Shown: piece by piece, positions 25,242 through 37,559 of the stretch
Position numbering within the stretch: position 1 is the stretch's first letter
Layout: each line of letters begins with the position of its first letter
Origin: Phyllosticta citribraziliensis
Lineage: Eukaryota
Assembly: GCF_038025025.1 (NCBI RefSeq)
Contig: NW_027117340.1
Coordinates: 558,001-622,000, forward strand
Direction: 5' to 3'
DNA: 64,000 nucleotides
Made by a program: the position numbers and the translations under genes
The notes under the pieces: model-generated
What the model was told of the DNA's origin: nothing
Databases searched by the model: none
What the model saw: only the letters and a program-made list of their open reading frames with translations

Positions 25242-26618
25242 GACGAACTTCCGCGCAAAAGAATGACAAAGGAGGCGAGGCAAGCAAGCCTGGGAAAAAC
25301 AAATATCAGCAACGACAATGCCAGAACGTAGTCTGAAGTGAACAGGACAACCGATCTCAACAAAATTAGCCCGCAGTCCTTGACTCAAGTAGTCTTTTCG
25401 AAGCCTAGATGACTCCCTTCACTCCTTCCTCTCCATCCCCGACCTCAACTGACCAGCCCACGACGTCTCGGCTCACCAAGCCAGCCCTCCGACCACCCTT
25501 CGAGCTCCGCCATTCCTCTGTGCTTACAGCGGCTGCCTGTTCATCCACTGCACTGCTCTCTGTCGCAATGTTCCCGCTTCAGCCGTACATGTCTCTGATG
25601 CTCCTCGGGGATACACGGTACGGTTGCAGATGCAGGGAAGGCGGACGGGCAGATGGAGGTAGTGCAGGCGATGAGCGCGGGCGGGCATTGAAGAGTGACA
25701 GGCAGGCAGTGAAGTATTCTCGACCTGTGATGCCTGACCTTTGTTGTCCTGCCATTTCGAGCATCGCTCGTTACTTGGTAAGAATGCAAAGGTAAGCTAC
25801 ATAGATAGTTTACAGAACTCACACGACGCATCAGCATGGGCGTGCTCACATACCATCTCGGCCGTTCCGTGGGGACTGCATGTCCATCGACAGCGGTAAG
25901 GGTCGCACACACATGTCTGAGCGCCAGGGCTGACTCGGGGGGCCAACTCGATCCCCTTCACGCACCTCCTGCCCCTATACCAAGAGAGGAAGGTCGGATC
26001 AGGTCCGCTGCGGAGGCATGGTAAGCTGCGAGGTGCCTGCGTCCAAGGCAGCAATCGGCGGGAAGGCAGATGGGCTCCTCCTGCAGAGGCGAGGTGGTGC
26101 GTGGACGGGCTGGACCGCACGTCGTCAGTGAAGGATTTCTGTCGTGACTTGCTGACTACGCGGATGGCTGAAAAGGGACAATGGTGTGCTTGCGAGGGCG
26201 AGTGGGTTTGGGGTTTGTTGCGCGGGTGGAAAGTGATTGCGAGCGTGGGAGGATTAGGGGTGGTGGTGATGGGCTGGGAAGTGGTGGACTACTGTTCGTA
26301 GGTAAGGGGAGTTAGTGTCGGTAATTTTAATGGGTGGTTTTGTCGAGAATGCTGCCATACAAACAAATGCATATGCCACCGAGACACTGATTTTACCAGA
26401 GTTCTGCTGGCACAGTGGATATCGAGAGAGATGATGCAATAGAGGACACTCCCTAAGCACAATCATGGCAGTAAACAACAGTTTTCCTAGCTTCATCTGT
26501 AGAAGTGAATGAATGCTCCCTAGACATACATAGCCACAGTACCACGAGTTATCGTTCTTTTGAAACCAAATGTAGCAATTCAAAAACAAAGAAATTCGCA
26601 ATCTCAGGGCAAGAATTC

Positions 26619-27956
26619 CTACAATCTGGCCTTGACCACGCCAATCTCCTCTGCCACCAACTGCCGCTTGCTCAACTCCACCACAGGCGCCGGCTTCTTG
26701 GGCACCATCGTCTCCAGCATCATCGGCCGGGGCTCCAAGTCAAGCAGAGCCTCCTCGACCAACGCAGCGACGTCACCCGCGCATCCAAACGACAACGACC
26801 ACCCCGCGCCGCCCTGGCCATAGCTGTGCACAATGCGGCTTGGTGCCGCGTCGCCCTCTCGCCGGCGCAGCTCGCGCTCCACGCGGACGTTGCGCTCGCG
26901 GAACGGCCGCAGACCCTGTGCGAGGGGGTAGTCGGGGTCGACGCGGGCGTGCTTTAGATCAGGGAGGAACGCCTCGCAGCGAGCACGCATGCGTCTGATA
27001 ATCGGCGAGTCGAGGGTGAGGTCGAGCTCATGCTGGTGGGACTCGGCGATGCCGCCAATGAGCAGTATATCGTCATTGCGCGGGACGAGGAAGACGATTT
27101 CATTCGAGTCGTGCACGGCGTCGGCAGTGATGGTCAGCGCGGCGTCAAGTTTGGGAAAGTCTTGTCCGTTGTTGACGACGCGGATGAGCCCGCCGCGGAT
27201 CGGGTAGCAGGACTTGTCGCCTGCGATTTCGGCGCCTGCGAGCCCCGTTGCGTTGATAATTACGTCGGCGGCGAACTCGGCGCGCAGAGCGTGCTCTTGA
27301 GCGAAGAGGTCGCCGTGAATGGTGCGTGTCGTGACCTTGGCGCCCTTGGAGACGACGAGGTCTTTGAGGAAGGCCATGCAGACATCGGTGTCGATGATCG
27401 GGGCGAGGTGTTCGTAAGCGTCGACAGCGCCGTAGTTTGCGTCGACGCGGCGCTCCTTGATGATGGATGCTCCCCGCCTGAAGCCACGGATGCCGCTGGC
27501 CATGATCTCGAGCATCTTGGACATTTGCTCGGCGTCTTGCTCGATGGGGACGGGGAAGAAGAAGTCTGCCCCCTTCATGCGGACCCCTGAGAGCTCCGAC
27601 AGTGACTTGGATGCTGCAATGGCATCCCAAATGTGATAGGCAACCATGCACCAGCGTTTGGAGTGTTGGAGAGAGATGGCATCGGTGTGCTGGCCGCAGA
27701 CGGCGGGAGGGAACTCCCAGAGAGCGCCCGCAATTTGGGATGTGAGGCGTTGCTTCTTGCCATAGGACGCCCACTCCTTGGCCAGAATGTTTACATGGTA
27801 TCCTTTGTCGAGAAGGGTCCAGGCGGTGATGAGTCCAGTGACTCCTCCTCCCACAATCAAGACTCTGGGAGAAGACGAGGTCGGCGTGTGTAGAGGGGTG
27901 GGAAAGGGAGTCAGGTCTCTCCAGAAGATCAAACTTTCACCCTGTGAAACAGCCAT
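26619..27956 (-). CDS. FAD-dependent D-amino-acid-oxidase-family oxidoreductase with a PTS1 (-ARL), intronless
   Basis: Rossmann motif VLIVGGGVTG, plus TSQIAGALW, IINATGL, YPIRG, GLRPFR and HSYGQGGAGWSLSFG (DAO C-terminal signature). Ends ...VKARL*. Confidence 0.88.
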   Translation of the reverse strand: MAVSQGESLIFWRDLTPFPTPLHTPTSSSPRVLIVGGGVTGLITAWTLLDKGYHVNILAKEWASYGKKQRLTSQIAGALWEFPPAVCGQHTDAISLQHSKRWCMVAYHIWDAIAASKSLSELSGVRMKGADFFFPVPIEQDAEQMSKMLEIMASGIRGFRRGASIIKERRVDANYGAVDAYEHLAPIIDTDVCMAFLKDLVVSKGAKVTTRTIHGDLFAQEHALRAEFAADVIINATGLAGAEIAGDKSCYPIRGGLIRVVNNGQDFPKLDAALTITADAVHDSNEIVFLVPRNDDILLIGGIAESHQHELDLTLDSPIIRRMRARCEAFLPDLKHARVDPDYPLAQGLRPFRERNVRVERELRRREGDAAPSRIVHSYGQGGAGWSLSFGCAGDVAALVEEALLDLEPRPMMLETMVPKKPAPVVELSKRQLVAEEIGVVKARL

Positions 27957-28938
27957 TGTAGGGTACCGAATTGAAGATGAATGTGATTTGAGACAAGAAG
28001 ACAACAGTGTAGTCTGGGTTTACAACAAAACATCAGTCTCCAACCAGTTCAAAGACATTCAAGCGTTTATGTACTTACAGCCCCTTCTCTGCTAATAACG
28101 CAACTCTGGCTGGATTTTCATCACGACGAGGGCCAAATGTGCCGATTCTGTGGCTTGGGACTGTTGAATGTTCCATGTAGCCCAATCCTTCCGACACTGG
28201 AGACGTGTCGCTGACACCTCCGCCATGGCGACGATGCATGACAGAGGACTGGGGGCCGAGCCGGAGTGTAGAGGACCATTTGCAGAAGCCCGGGTCGGCG
28301 GTGTAGTGGTAGCCTAGAAGCCCTGGTCGAATTTCTGTTGGTTTGGTAAATTGTCTCCTCGCGAGGGAGCGGAATCCAAACCACACGAGGGACACAGTCA
28401 TCACTGCGTCGCTCGACGGCTTTCTGTCCCACCAGTCTCATCGCTAGCGTCGACGGTGCGGAGAAAAAGCAAGGAGTCGAGAGGCGGAGTGCCATGTAAT
28501 GGTAGCAGTAGGAGTGGTTGAACGCATCCTGCGGAGAATCGACTAGTCAAAAAAGTCTTAGGTCTGGCCTTGTCTGCCCTAAGACCTGCCAAATTAAGCT
28601 TGTTTGCACCGTGCAGCTCGAAGGACGTTGGAGCAGGGTGTCTCGCGGGCCGCACGATCCGCCCCGCCTTGGCGGATCAGTTCCCCAAACAGACAGGAGG
28701 AGCATCTGCCGACTAAAGGGTGCTCGTAACGCTCGGCAATTTCAGAGATGCAGCTTATCTCAGTTGGCCCCTTCCAAAACCCCTGCGCACATCGTTTGCC
28801 GGACGTGACTCAAGCTTCCTGTCCTGGGCTAGCGTCAGCACGCCGGACCCATGACCGGTAAATATCGTTTGTTTGGCGCGTCCTTGTGCTGTCCAGCGCT
28901 CCCTCTCTGCACGTTTCTCGATTCCTCCCCTCTGCCTC

Positions 28939-30329
28939 ATGGCGAGCCCTTGCCCCGAGCCTGGCCTGCCAACGCCGACTTTGCGCCAAAGTGAGGAGAA
29001 GGCCGAGAATGGACTCATCAGTGCAGACAACGACGCCGAATCAGCAGAGGTCGACGTCAATTCCGCCTCACTCCCACCTCCCCCTCCAGATGGCGGCGTC
29101 CAGGCGTGGACCCAAGTCTTGATGGGACATTTGGTCCTGATCAACGGATGGGGCTATCTCAGTTCCTTCGGGCTCTTCCAGTCGTACTACACGACTTCTT
29201 TGGGCGCTTCACCCTCGGCCATTAGCTGGATCGGCTCCCTCCAAATCTTTCTCGTCTACCTTGTCGGCACCTTTTCCGGCAGAGCTCTTGATGCCGGCTA
29301 TTTCCATGTCGTCCTTGGCCTTGGGTCGTTCTTGCAAATTTTGGGAGTCTTCATGACGTCCGTTTCATCGCAGTACTGGCAGCTTCTCCTCGCCCAGGGA
29401 GTATGCAAGGGACTTGGTGATGGCTTGGTATTTTGTCCCACAGTCTCTCTAGTGGCAACGTACTTCTCCAAGAAGCGCTCGTTGGCCATGGCCTGCACTG
29501 CGTCCGGAGGTGCCACCGGTGGCATAATCTTTCCCGTCATTGCCCAGCAGCTGCTTCCCAAGATCGGCTTCGGTTGGACTGTGAGAATCATGGGGTTTGT
29601 CATCCTCTTCAACGCTTTCGTCGTGCTCTTGATTGCGCGCGTCCGACTTCCACCCAGAAAGACGGGACCTCTGGTCGAGTGGAGCGCATTCAAGGAGCCT
29701 TCTTACACGCTGTTCTGCGTCGGCATGTTCTTCAATCTTTGGGCAGTCTACTTTGCCTACTTTTATGTGAGTCTGCTCCTTCAAGGCGTACAACCAGCAT
29801 CTGATGGCATTCGCAGGTCAGCACGTTCGGCAAGAAGATCATCGGTGTCTCTTCTTCGACTTCGTTGACGATTCTCCTGGTGATGAATGCGGTCGGAGTT
29901 CCCGGGCGGCTGGTCTGCGGCCTCACGGCGGACCGGCTGCTTGGGCCGGTCAACACGCTCATTCCAGTGGCATTTTTTGCCGGAGTCTTGTTCTACTGCT
30001 GGGCAGCCGTGTCTTCGCTGGGAGCCCTTTTTGCTTTTTGCATCCTTTACGGATTTTTTGGAGCCGGCATTCAAAGTCTCTTTCCCGCATCCTGCGCCAG
30101 CTTGACGACGGATCTCAAAAAGATGGGAGTGCGGACAGGCATGTGCTTTTCGGTCGTATCGATTGCGTGCTTGACGGGTCCGCCAATAGCTGGAGCGCTG
30201 ATCCAGCAGCACAATGGCGGATTCCTGTATGCACAAATGTTTGGAGGGTCAGCATTCATGGGCGGCACGTTGACGCTGGTCGCAGCCAGACTCGCCAAAA
30301 GTGGACTGGAGCTCAAGAGCAGGATGTAA
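28939..30329 (+). CDS. MFS transporter, monocarboxylate porter (MCT/Mch) family
   Basis: PPPDGGVQAW N-terminal motif, GYLSSFGLFQSYY, SWIGSLQ, YFSKKRSLA; intron 29767-29816; many hydrophobic helices. Confidence 0.9.
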
Positions 30330-30724
30330 TCAAGGAGGGAAGAAGCTGGGCGCATATAGACTTGCATGGGTTCGGCATGATGCTTTAGACGGAGGAATGC
30401 CAAACTTTGGGCCGATAACAAGGGACAGTGGGTCGGCTCATGATGACCAGTGCCGGTGGGTGGTGGAGGGAGTGTGTGCGAGTGGGGAGTTCAGTTGGCG
30501 TCGCACGAGGCGAGGTGAGGTGAGGCGAGGATGGCTGCAGGGAAGCTGCCCTGCCGTCCAGTGGCAGCCGGCCCATTACTCTCTGGCCCTCTGGCCCCCG
30601 CAGTCCTACGAACCATCCATCTGCTCAGGTCGCATCTGGTTGCATATTGTCTATTTAACGTCCTGTCGTCAGCTCGCAATGAACGCTCCTCATTTCCATC
30701 CTCTCGCTTTACGCCCATCGAGCC

Positions 30725-31510
30725 ATGGCTGACACCGCCTACACCAAAGAGACGCGCAACACCGTCCGCCGCCATCGCGAGCGCGGCCAGTATGACTTTG
30801 CGACGGTCCACTCGATTGTCAACCAGGCCTCGATCCTGCACGTCTCCTTCCTCCCTACAGACCCTTTGGAGGATCCCTTTCCAACCATCCTCCCCATGAT
30901 TGGTTCCGTGGGCCTCTTCTCCAACCCTGACAACGATCCTGGCGCCCAACCGCTTGACCTCTATATCCATGGCCACAGCGCCTCGCGTTTGATGCGTCTA
31001 CCCACGGCGCAGGGCTTGGAACAGGTCCCCGTCTGCGTCGCTGCCACTATGCTCGACGGCATCAAGCTGGCTCTTACGCCCTTCAACCACAGTTGCAACT
31101 ACCGCAGCGCTGTGCTCCATGGCTACGCGTCGATCGTGACAGACGAGGCAGAAAAGAGCTGGGCCCTGGCACTCATCACCGACGGCCTCGTGCCCGACCG
31201 TTGGGATAATTCGCGTGTCCCACCCACCAAGGCTGAAATGACGAGCACGACGGTGCTAAAAGTTTCCGTCGTCAGCGCCAGCGCCAAGGTCAATTCCGGC
31301 GAGCCCGGCGACGACCGCAAGGACCTCAAGGACGACGCAGTCACGTCATCTGTGTGGACCGGAGTCCTGCCTGTCCATGAGCAGATTGGCGCTCCGCAGC
31401 CCAGCTCCACTAACAAGGTCGCCAAAGTGCCGCAGTATCTGGATCAGTGGTGGCAGGCAGAAAACACCAAGCGCGAGACATATGCCCACGATGCCTCTCG
31501 GCCAAAATAG
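30725..31510 (+). CDS. Split-barrel flavin-nucleotide-binding protein (pyridoxamine 5'-phosphate oxidase-like / NimA-like)
   Basis: 261 aa intronless ORF: NTVRRHRERGQYD, ILHVSF, LYIHGHSASRLM, VCVAATMLDG, HSCNYRSAVLHG, SAKVNSGEPGDD, VWTGVLP. Confidence 0.85.
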   Translation: MADTAYTKETRNTVRRHRERGQYDFATVHSIVNQASILHVSFLPTDPLEDPFPTILPMIGSVGLFSNPDNDPGAQPLDLYIHGHSASRLMRLPTAQGLEQVPVCVAATMLDGIKLALTPFNHSCNYRSAVLHGYASIVTDEAEKSWALALITDGLVPDRWDNSRVPPTKAEMTSTTVLKVSVVSASAKVNSGEPGDDRKDLKDDAVTSSVWTGVLPVHEQIGAPQPSSTNKVAKVPQYLDQWWQAENTKRETYAHDASRPK

Positions 31511-31790
31511 ACTAGACTCGATTTGGTGTCATCCATTTTCCTTGCTCCTGTGTGCTATCAAGCTACAACCAAGACTTTAACCGCCAGACTTTTGGCGTGG
31601 ATAGACAACAAGCAGGGAGCACATTGGGAAAGTCAGTCAAGCTACTCTGGGCTACAAAATTCACCAGACTACTCAGGAGCATTCAAGAGTTTTTACCGAG
31701 CTATGAAAGATAGCATCAGGGAGAATTCCATCACCAATCTGCGAGAATCCATGATCGTACACGCTATGAATTTGATCATTAGCCTCGGGC

Positions 31791-33067
31791 CTAGTTTCCG
31801 TCCGGATATGCTAGCCTATCAACCTCCTGCCATTCCTTACTCTGCGCATAGATGCTGCGAATGGGCGACAACAACCGATTGAAAGCTTCAATCGTGGCCT
31901 CCTTCAAGTCTTCGGGACTCACTTCATCTTTCACAAACGCCTCTTCCAACTCTTCATACGAGGAAAAATGCTTCGGCGCTTCTTCACCAAATACCGTCCA
32001 CGCCGTGCCACTCGGCGCGTCTTTTGCACAAAATGGCCTCTGATTGCTATTCACTTCCTTGCCTTCGGCCGTATATAGTCCAGTCTGTCCAGCAAGCCGT
32101 TCCACACGCTGCACGCTAATGGGCAGGAGGACGTCGCGCACAAGGCCCAGCACGCCATTATGCTCAACCTGGGCAGCGGGGCAGGCTGCGGCGTCAATCT
32201 TGGCGCGAACGACGTGCGGAGCGTCGAGAAACTCAATTTTGGTGGCGGCCGGCTTGGAAGACGACATTTTGAGCCCGTCCAGTCCGGCAACCATTGTGTT
32301 CATGAGGTGCTCGCGCTGGCGGTATCCGAGGGCGGGGATGAAGTGTTTGGCGTGCTCGAAGAGGCCGGTCTGCGGGGTCTGTCAGTGTCCGACTTTGCAC
32401 GGGACGGGAGGAAAAGACACACCTGATCGATGCCGCCATACTGGACATCCAAATCCAAGTACACCTCGCTCAAGCTTTGGTGCACGGCACACAGCATCGG
32501 ACTCAGCATCTTCGTCTCGGCAACCTCATCGCTCGTATCCCTCGCATCCTTTTGCGTCATGAGCGCACAAAGGCGCTGAGTATCCACCACAAAATCCTTC
32601 TGATACGCAATGCTGCTCTCGGCAATGAAATTGACGTGCGCAGGCGGGACCCCCAGCGCCGCCAGGATCGCGCGTACGAGGAAATCGTAGTAGCGCTGCC
32701 GGTGCGCGACGGTTTCCATGCTGTGCACGTAGTTGACGAGGAAGCCGTACACGTCGAGGTAGTAGACTGTCACGTCGAGCCCGGCGCGCAGGAAGTCGAT
32801 CAGTTTGGCTAGGGGCACAAAGTAGCCAACGTGCGCTGTGAGAGCCGCATGGCATTGGTTAGCCAACCTGGTTGATTTTGCTTCGGATTGGATGGCGGAA
32901 GGGGACCTACGCTTTCCTGTCGGCGTGGTCTCCCACGCCAGCTTCAACGGTGTCTGGCCTTCTGCTTCTCGCCGGGCCAGCAGCGTGCGGAGTGAATCAC
33001 GGTCAGCATCGCTCAAGAAGGCCTGCTGGCGTGTAATGAGGTTGAATTTCTCCTCGGTGGGCAGCAT
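31791..33067 (-). CDS. Tyrosyl-tRNA-synthetase-like protein (class Ic, eukaryotic type), divergent amino-acid pocket, ~382 aa
   Basis: ATG 33067; introns 32910-32836 (in frame) and 32422-32370. The spliced product has TGKPHVGY (HIGH motif), YLDLDVQYGGIDQ, HLMNTMVAGLDGLKMSSS (KMSKS motif) and an anticodon-domain-like C-terminus ending AYP. Confidence 0.88.
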
Positions 33068-34606
33068 CGTAACTGGATTGGTAAGAAGACGAAGATGCAA
33101 AACGATCAATGTCTAGACGAAGCCGAGGTGAACTTGACAAGTACAGTGCTTCAGAAGACCGGAGCGGAGAGGATGGCTGGTCCTTTTACATAACTGCTAC
33201 TTATTGGACGCGCTTCTTATACACGTCCGGGTGTTCTTTGGAGCAGTTGACCGTTGAATAGCGTTGAGGACCAATGCCGCGCTGCTGGCGACCGTCTCCG
33301 GGCCTTGGAGCTTCAGCCCTCATCCCTCCACCTTTCCGCACTTGATCGCACAAGCGCAGCAGCAGCATCCTCCTTCCTTCTGCCTCCTCATCGACCAAAA
33401 GTCGCTACATGGGCGGCTTCAACCAAGCTGCATGGCTCTTTACCGTCTTTTACGCTTATTTTACGATGCACACGTAACCGTTCTGTACTGTACAGGTTGC
33501 CGGACCTAGCTCCTCGCCATCTCGCTCCCTGTCTTGCTCTACGGCAGCTGTGCTACGTCCCATTCCGGTGTGCGTTCAATGTTGCCGACGCAGCTGTCAG
33601 TCAGTCAGATCTCTTCCACGTATCAACTCCTCGTAGGGGGCGGACGGCATGAGGGGGCCAAATCCTTCGTTCCTAAATGTTGCATACCATTACGCAGCTG
33701 GGCGGAGCAAATCAGGAGATTATTTGCCGGGTGATTGTCTAAATGGATGGCGTGCGCGGTCATGGTTTGCGAAGAATAGAATCGGACAACAAGAAATGTG
33801 TTTGTGTGGTTACCGTGGCTGACGCAGGGACTGCACTGCACGACTTGCGGAGGAACAGTCAGTCATGCATACAGGCAGCCAGACGCCACGGTAGGTGTGA
33901 AAGTACGAACGCTCCTTGGGCATTTGATTGGATGGACTCCCGCACGACCGTACGTCTTGTCTCACTCTTCCCCGCGGAAGGAATCGAAGAAGGAAGGCGA
34001 AAACTCTGCAGCACCTGCGGGTGGCGCCGGCGCGGCGTTAAGAGAGCGATGCAAAGAGGCAGGTGGTGTTGATGGCAAGATTCGGCCCCCAAGTCGCACG
34101 ATGCGTGGTCCGTCGGCGGACGTGGCCGAGACATACGGGACTTGCGGAGAAGAGCGAGAGATGTTGACGCAGTGAGTGTGATTTGAGGCATGCGGTGAGC
34201 ATCTAGATCCTGTGGTCATGTCCGCTTGTCACTTTGTGGGGATTGTTGCGACGTGCTTGCTGACTGGCTAAAAGGTTGATTACCTGCAGGGTACATGTTC
34301 CTACACGCTGAGTATGCCAGCATCTAATTTTCGAAGCCCAAAGACTTGATGCACTGTACATGCATGCTGTACATACTCCACCTCTTGAGGAACGACCAGC
34401 CCCTTCTACATGCCTGACTGGCTTAGCCGTAGGTGACGAGAAGGATGCCTTCTCACTCTCGGGGCATCTCTCCATTTTGAACTGCCGAGGGTGGTGTGTC
34501 TTGGCTTTCTCTGACGGCAAAGGCTGATCTATCACTTCGTCTCTTGCGCGCTTTCACTGGCGTTTGGACTTGTTGGAGAAAGGAAGTTCGCAAGTCTCCC
34601 ATCAAG

Positions 34607-36437
34607 ATGGGGACTTTTCCAACTCTGGGTGAAGCGCCCAAGAGTCTGACTGGAAGCATTCACAAGATGCCACAGAAAGGGGGCAGCGTGGCCGCGGAGG
34701 CAGACGCAATCGCAGTGATTGGCGAGAAGAATACCGATGTTGAAGAGGCCCAGCTGGAAGAGCCGCCCAAGAAACTTCATCTGCCCTTGGTATTGACGTT
34801 AGCCGGTGCAGCCTTTCTGAATGTGAGCCATGTCTCCTGATCAATGAGCTTTTCCGCTAAATGCTCCCTCCAGACGCTGTCGGTGCAATCCGCCGTTATC
34901 ATCCTCCCCAGCATCGCTCGAGACATTGGCATCCCCTCGGAGCGCCAACAATGGATCATCTCAGCCTACTACCTGACGTTTGGCTGTTTTTTGCTAGTGT
35001 GGGGCCGGCTTGCCGACATCTTCGGACGACGCCTCATCTTCATCTGGGGCTCGGCCTGGGTAACGGCTGTGACCGTCGTCGTGCCTTTCGCGCCAAACGA
35101 AATCGTCTTCGACGTCTTCCGCGGCTTGCAAGGGCTCGGCGCTGCTGCCAATGTCCCGACAGCCATTGGCATCCTAGGCGCGACGTTTTCGCCAGGCAAG
35201 ACCAAGAACTACGCGTTTGCGATTTACTCGGCCGGCTCTTCGTGCGGGTCTGTTTTGGGCAACATCTTCAGTGGCATCATCGGCCAGTGGCTGTCGTGGA
35301 AGTGGATCTTTTGGGTGCTGGCCATCATGGCTGGCTTGGTCACGGTGCTCGGCCACTTTCTTGTCCCACTCGAGTCCAAGGTCGAAGATGAGGAGGCCGC
35401 CGCCAGGCCCGTTGTGCACGTCGACTGGATTGGCGGCACACTCATCTCGAGCGGGCTCATGCTGCTCAATTTTGCATTGACGCAGGGCAACGTTGTGGGA
35501 TGGGGCACGTTCTGGATCCCCGTCCTGATTGTCTGTGCAGTGCTGATTGTAGGCGTGTTCGTCTTGTGGCAGTGGTATCTGGAGAACAAGACGTCTAGAG
35601 CGCCCCTGATGCGCGTGTCCATCTTCCACAACACGCGCTTCAATGCTGCGCAGGTCATTATGGCCATGTTCTTTGCCGCGTTCAATAATTATCTCGTCTA
35701 CGCCACTTACTTGTAAGCTCCCTCCCCCAAATCGTGGTGGATGTCAAAAAGAGGGCACCATTCCGCTAGAACGCCTCGCTCGCACCTCACCGCAGTGGCA
35801 GCTCCTGGCCAGGGCGTGACACTTCTTTGGTACCTGCCGTGAAATTATTATACTGACGTACAATGCGCACAGTTACCAAGACTATCTCGGCCTCAACGCC
35901 ATCCAAACTGCGCTGCGCTTCATCCCGACCGGGATCATGGGATTCGTAGGCAACTTCATCGCGGCTAAGCTGCTCTCGCGCGTCCGCGGGACCTACCTCC
36001 TTATCTTCAGCTCAGCATGCGTGGCACTTTCTTGCCTCCTCAATGCCGTGCCCATTCCACCCAGCACGTCGTATTGGGCCTACGGCTTCCCTGCCATGGT
36101 TGTCTCAACCCTTGGCGCCGACATCTTGCACCCAACCCTCACCCTCTTCACCGCGCAGTCCCTGCCGCCTGCCGATCAAGCCCTGGGCGGCGCGCTCATA
36201 ACATCGGTCCTCCAGATCGGCCGTGCCATCGGGCTCGCAGTCGCTACCGTTGTTCAGACGTCTGTGGCGCGCGATGAGGGCGGCGCTTCAGGCAGCGAGG
36301 AGGTCGCGGGGTCGGCGGCGCTGCTCGACGGCATCAGGGCAGGCCAATGGTTCAATTTCGGATTAGCTGTTGGTGCGTGTGCAGTCGCAGTCATTTTCTT
36401 CAACAGCAAGGAAAAGGTCGGCGCGGTGAAGAGGTGA
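34607..36437 (+). CDS. MFS drug:H+ antiporter (DHA2-like) efflux transporter
   Basis: Introns 34823-34873 and 35713-35872; motifs WGRLADIFGRR, RGLQGLGAA, WKWIFW, DWIGG. The start could instead be the ATG at 34667. Confidence 0.88.
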
Positions 36438-37559
36438 GGATGGATGATTCGGTCTGCCGTTTTGCAAGTGTTGCATGGACTTTCTTGGCCGACTGGCAAC
36501 GCGGGACGGCCCGAGCCGCCTGGTATGTCGATCCTTGGACGTTGCAGGGTTTCTTGGAGCATTCTTCTCCTCGGAGTCTCCTTTCTATATTTTGCATTCG
36601 CAATTTTCTTCATTCACACATTCCACGCAGTTTAAAAGATAATGCATCTTGTGGAGAAAAGTCCTGAGAAGCGCACCGGAACCTCGAAATCCAGAAGCCA
36701 TTGCAGTGGTCAGGCATGATAGGACAGAAACCCATCGGTGTCAAACAGGAGTCTCAGCCCGCAATGCCCTTTGTTTCTCTCAAAGCAGCAGTCCTGGTCT
36801 CTCAGTGACGAAATATCTGGCCCCGGTTGCCCTGCCAGCTTCAACACGCTCGTGCTCGAGTTAGGCAGGTGAACACACGTCAAATTGCGCTTTCCAGGGT
36901 TCGACAACGTACCTTGCACAGGGCTATTCTCGGTGCTGCCTGTATTCGAAGGACGTATTCTAAAATCTGACACGAATCTGTCAACTAGGCCTAGATGCAT
37001 GCAAGTCTCGGAAGAGGTGGTGTTCGAGGCTGGTAGTCTTTGCGTGCGTGCACAGGCAAAAGACGCGATATTGCAATTGTTCGCTCGGCTGGATGCTTTT
37101 TTTGCCGGCAGTGCAACTAAATGGGGGCTAATAGGAGTTGACAGGCTGACTACTGACATGCATGCATGTATGTATGCAGACTGACACACGGACGACCGAC
37201 GACGTCCCTGCACGAATCCTTCCACATTACACCTGCCTGTTCCTTTAGGCCAAGAAAGAAGCATTGTGGCTGCAAGGGGCTTATGGACCCTGGTCTTCCA
37301 GGAAGTGTGGGGTGCATCATCGGGTCAGCACGAAGGATTCACCGACAGGAGACAATCTGACAGTCACTGACAGGCAAAAATCACGACAGATGGGAATTGC
37401 TAACACAAATTACAGTCATTGGTGGATCTGACCTCCATCTTCGCGTGCCATTTTCCTTGATGAGAAAAAGGGAAAGACTGTTTTGTGATTTGCTGCCTGC
37501 ATGCTGACAATTGAGTAGGTAAGAAAGTATTGCAATGCCGCACATTACCACGGGCATCA

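Noticed and set aside
25400..26600. Possible small spliced gene between the DAO and HDO genes (GTATGT..TAG intron-like signal near 25800-25855, minus strand)
   Set aside because: Trial splicing gave no recognisable protein; more likely promoter or UTR.
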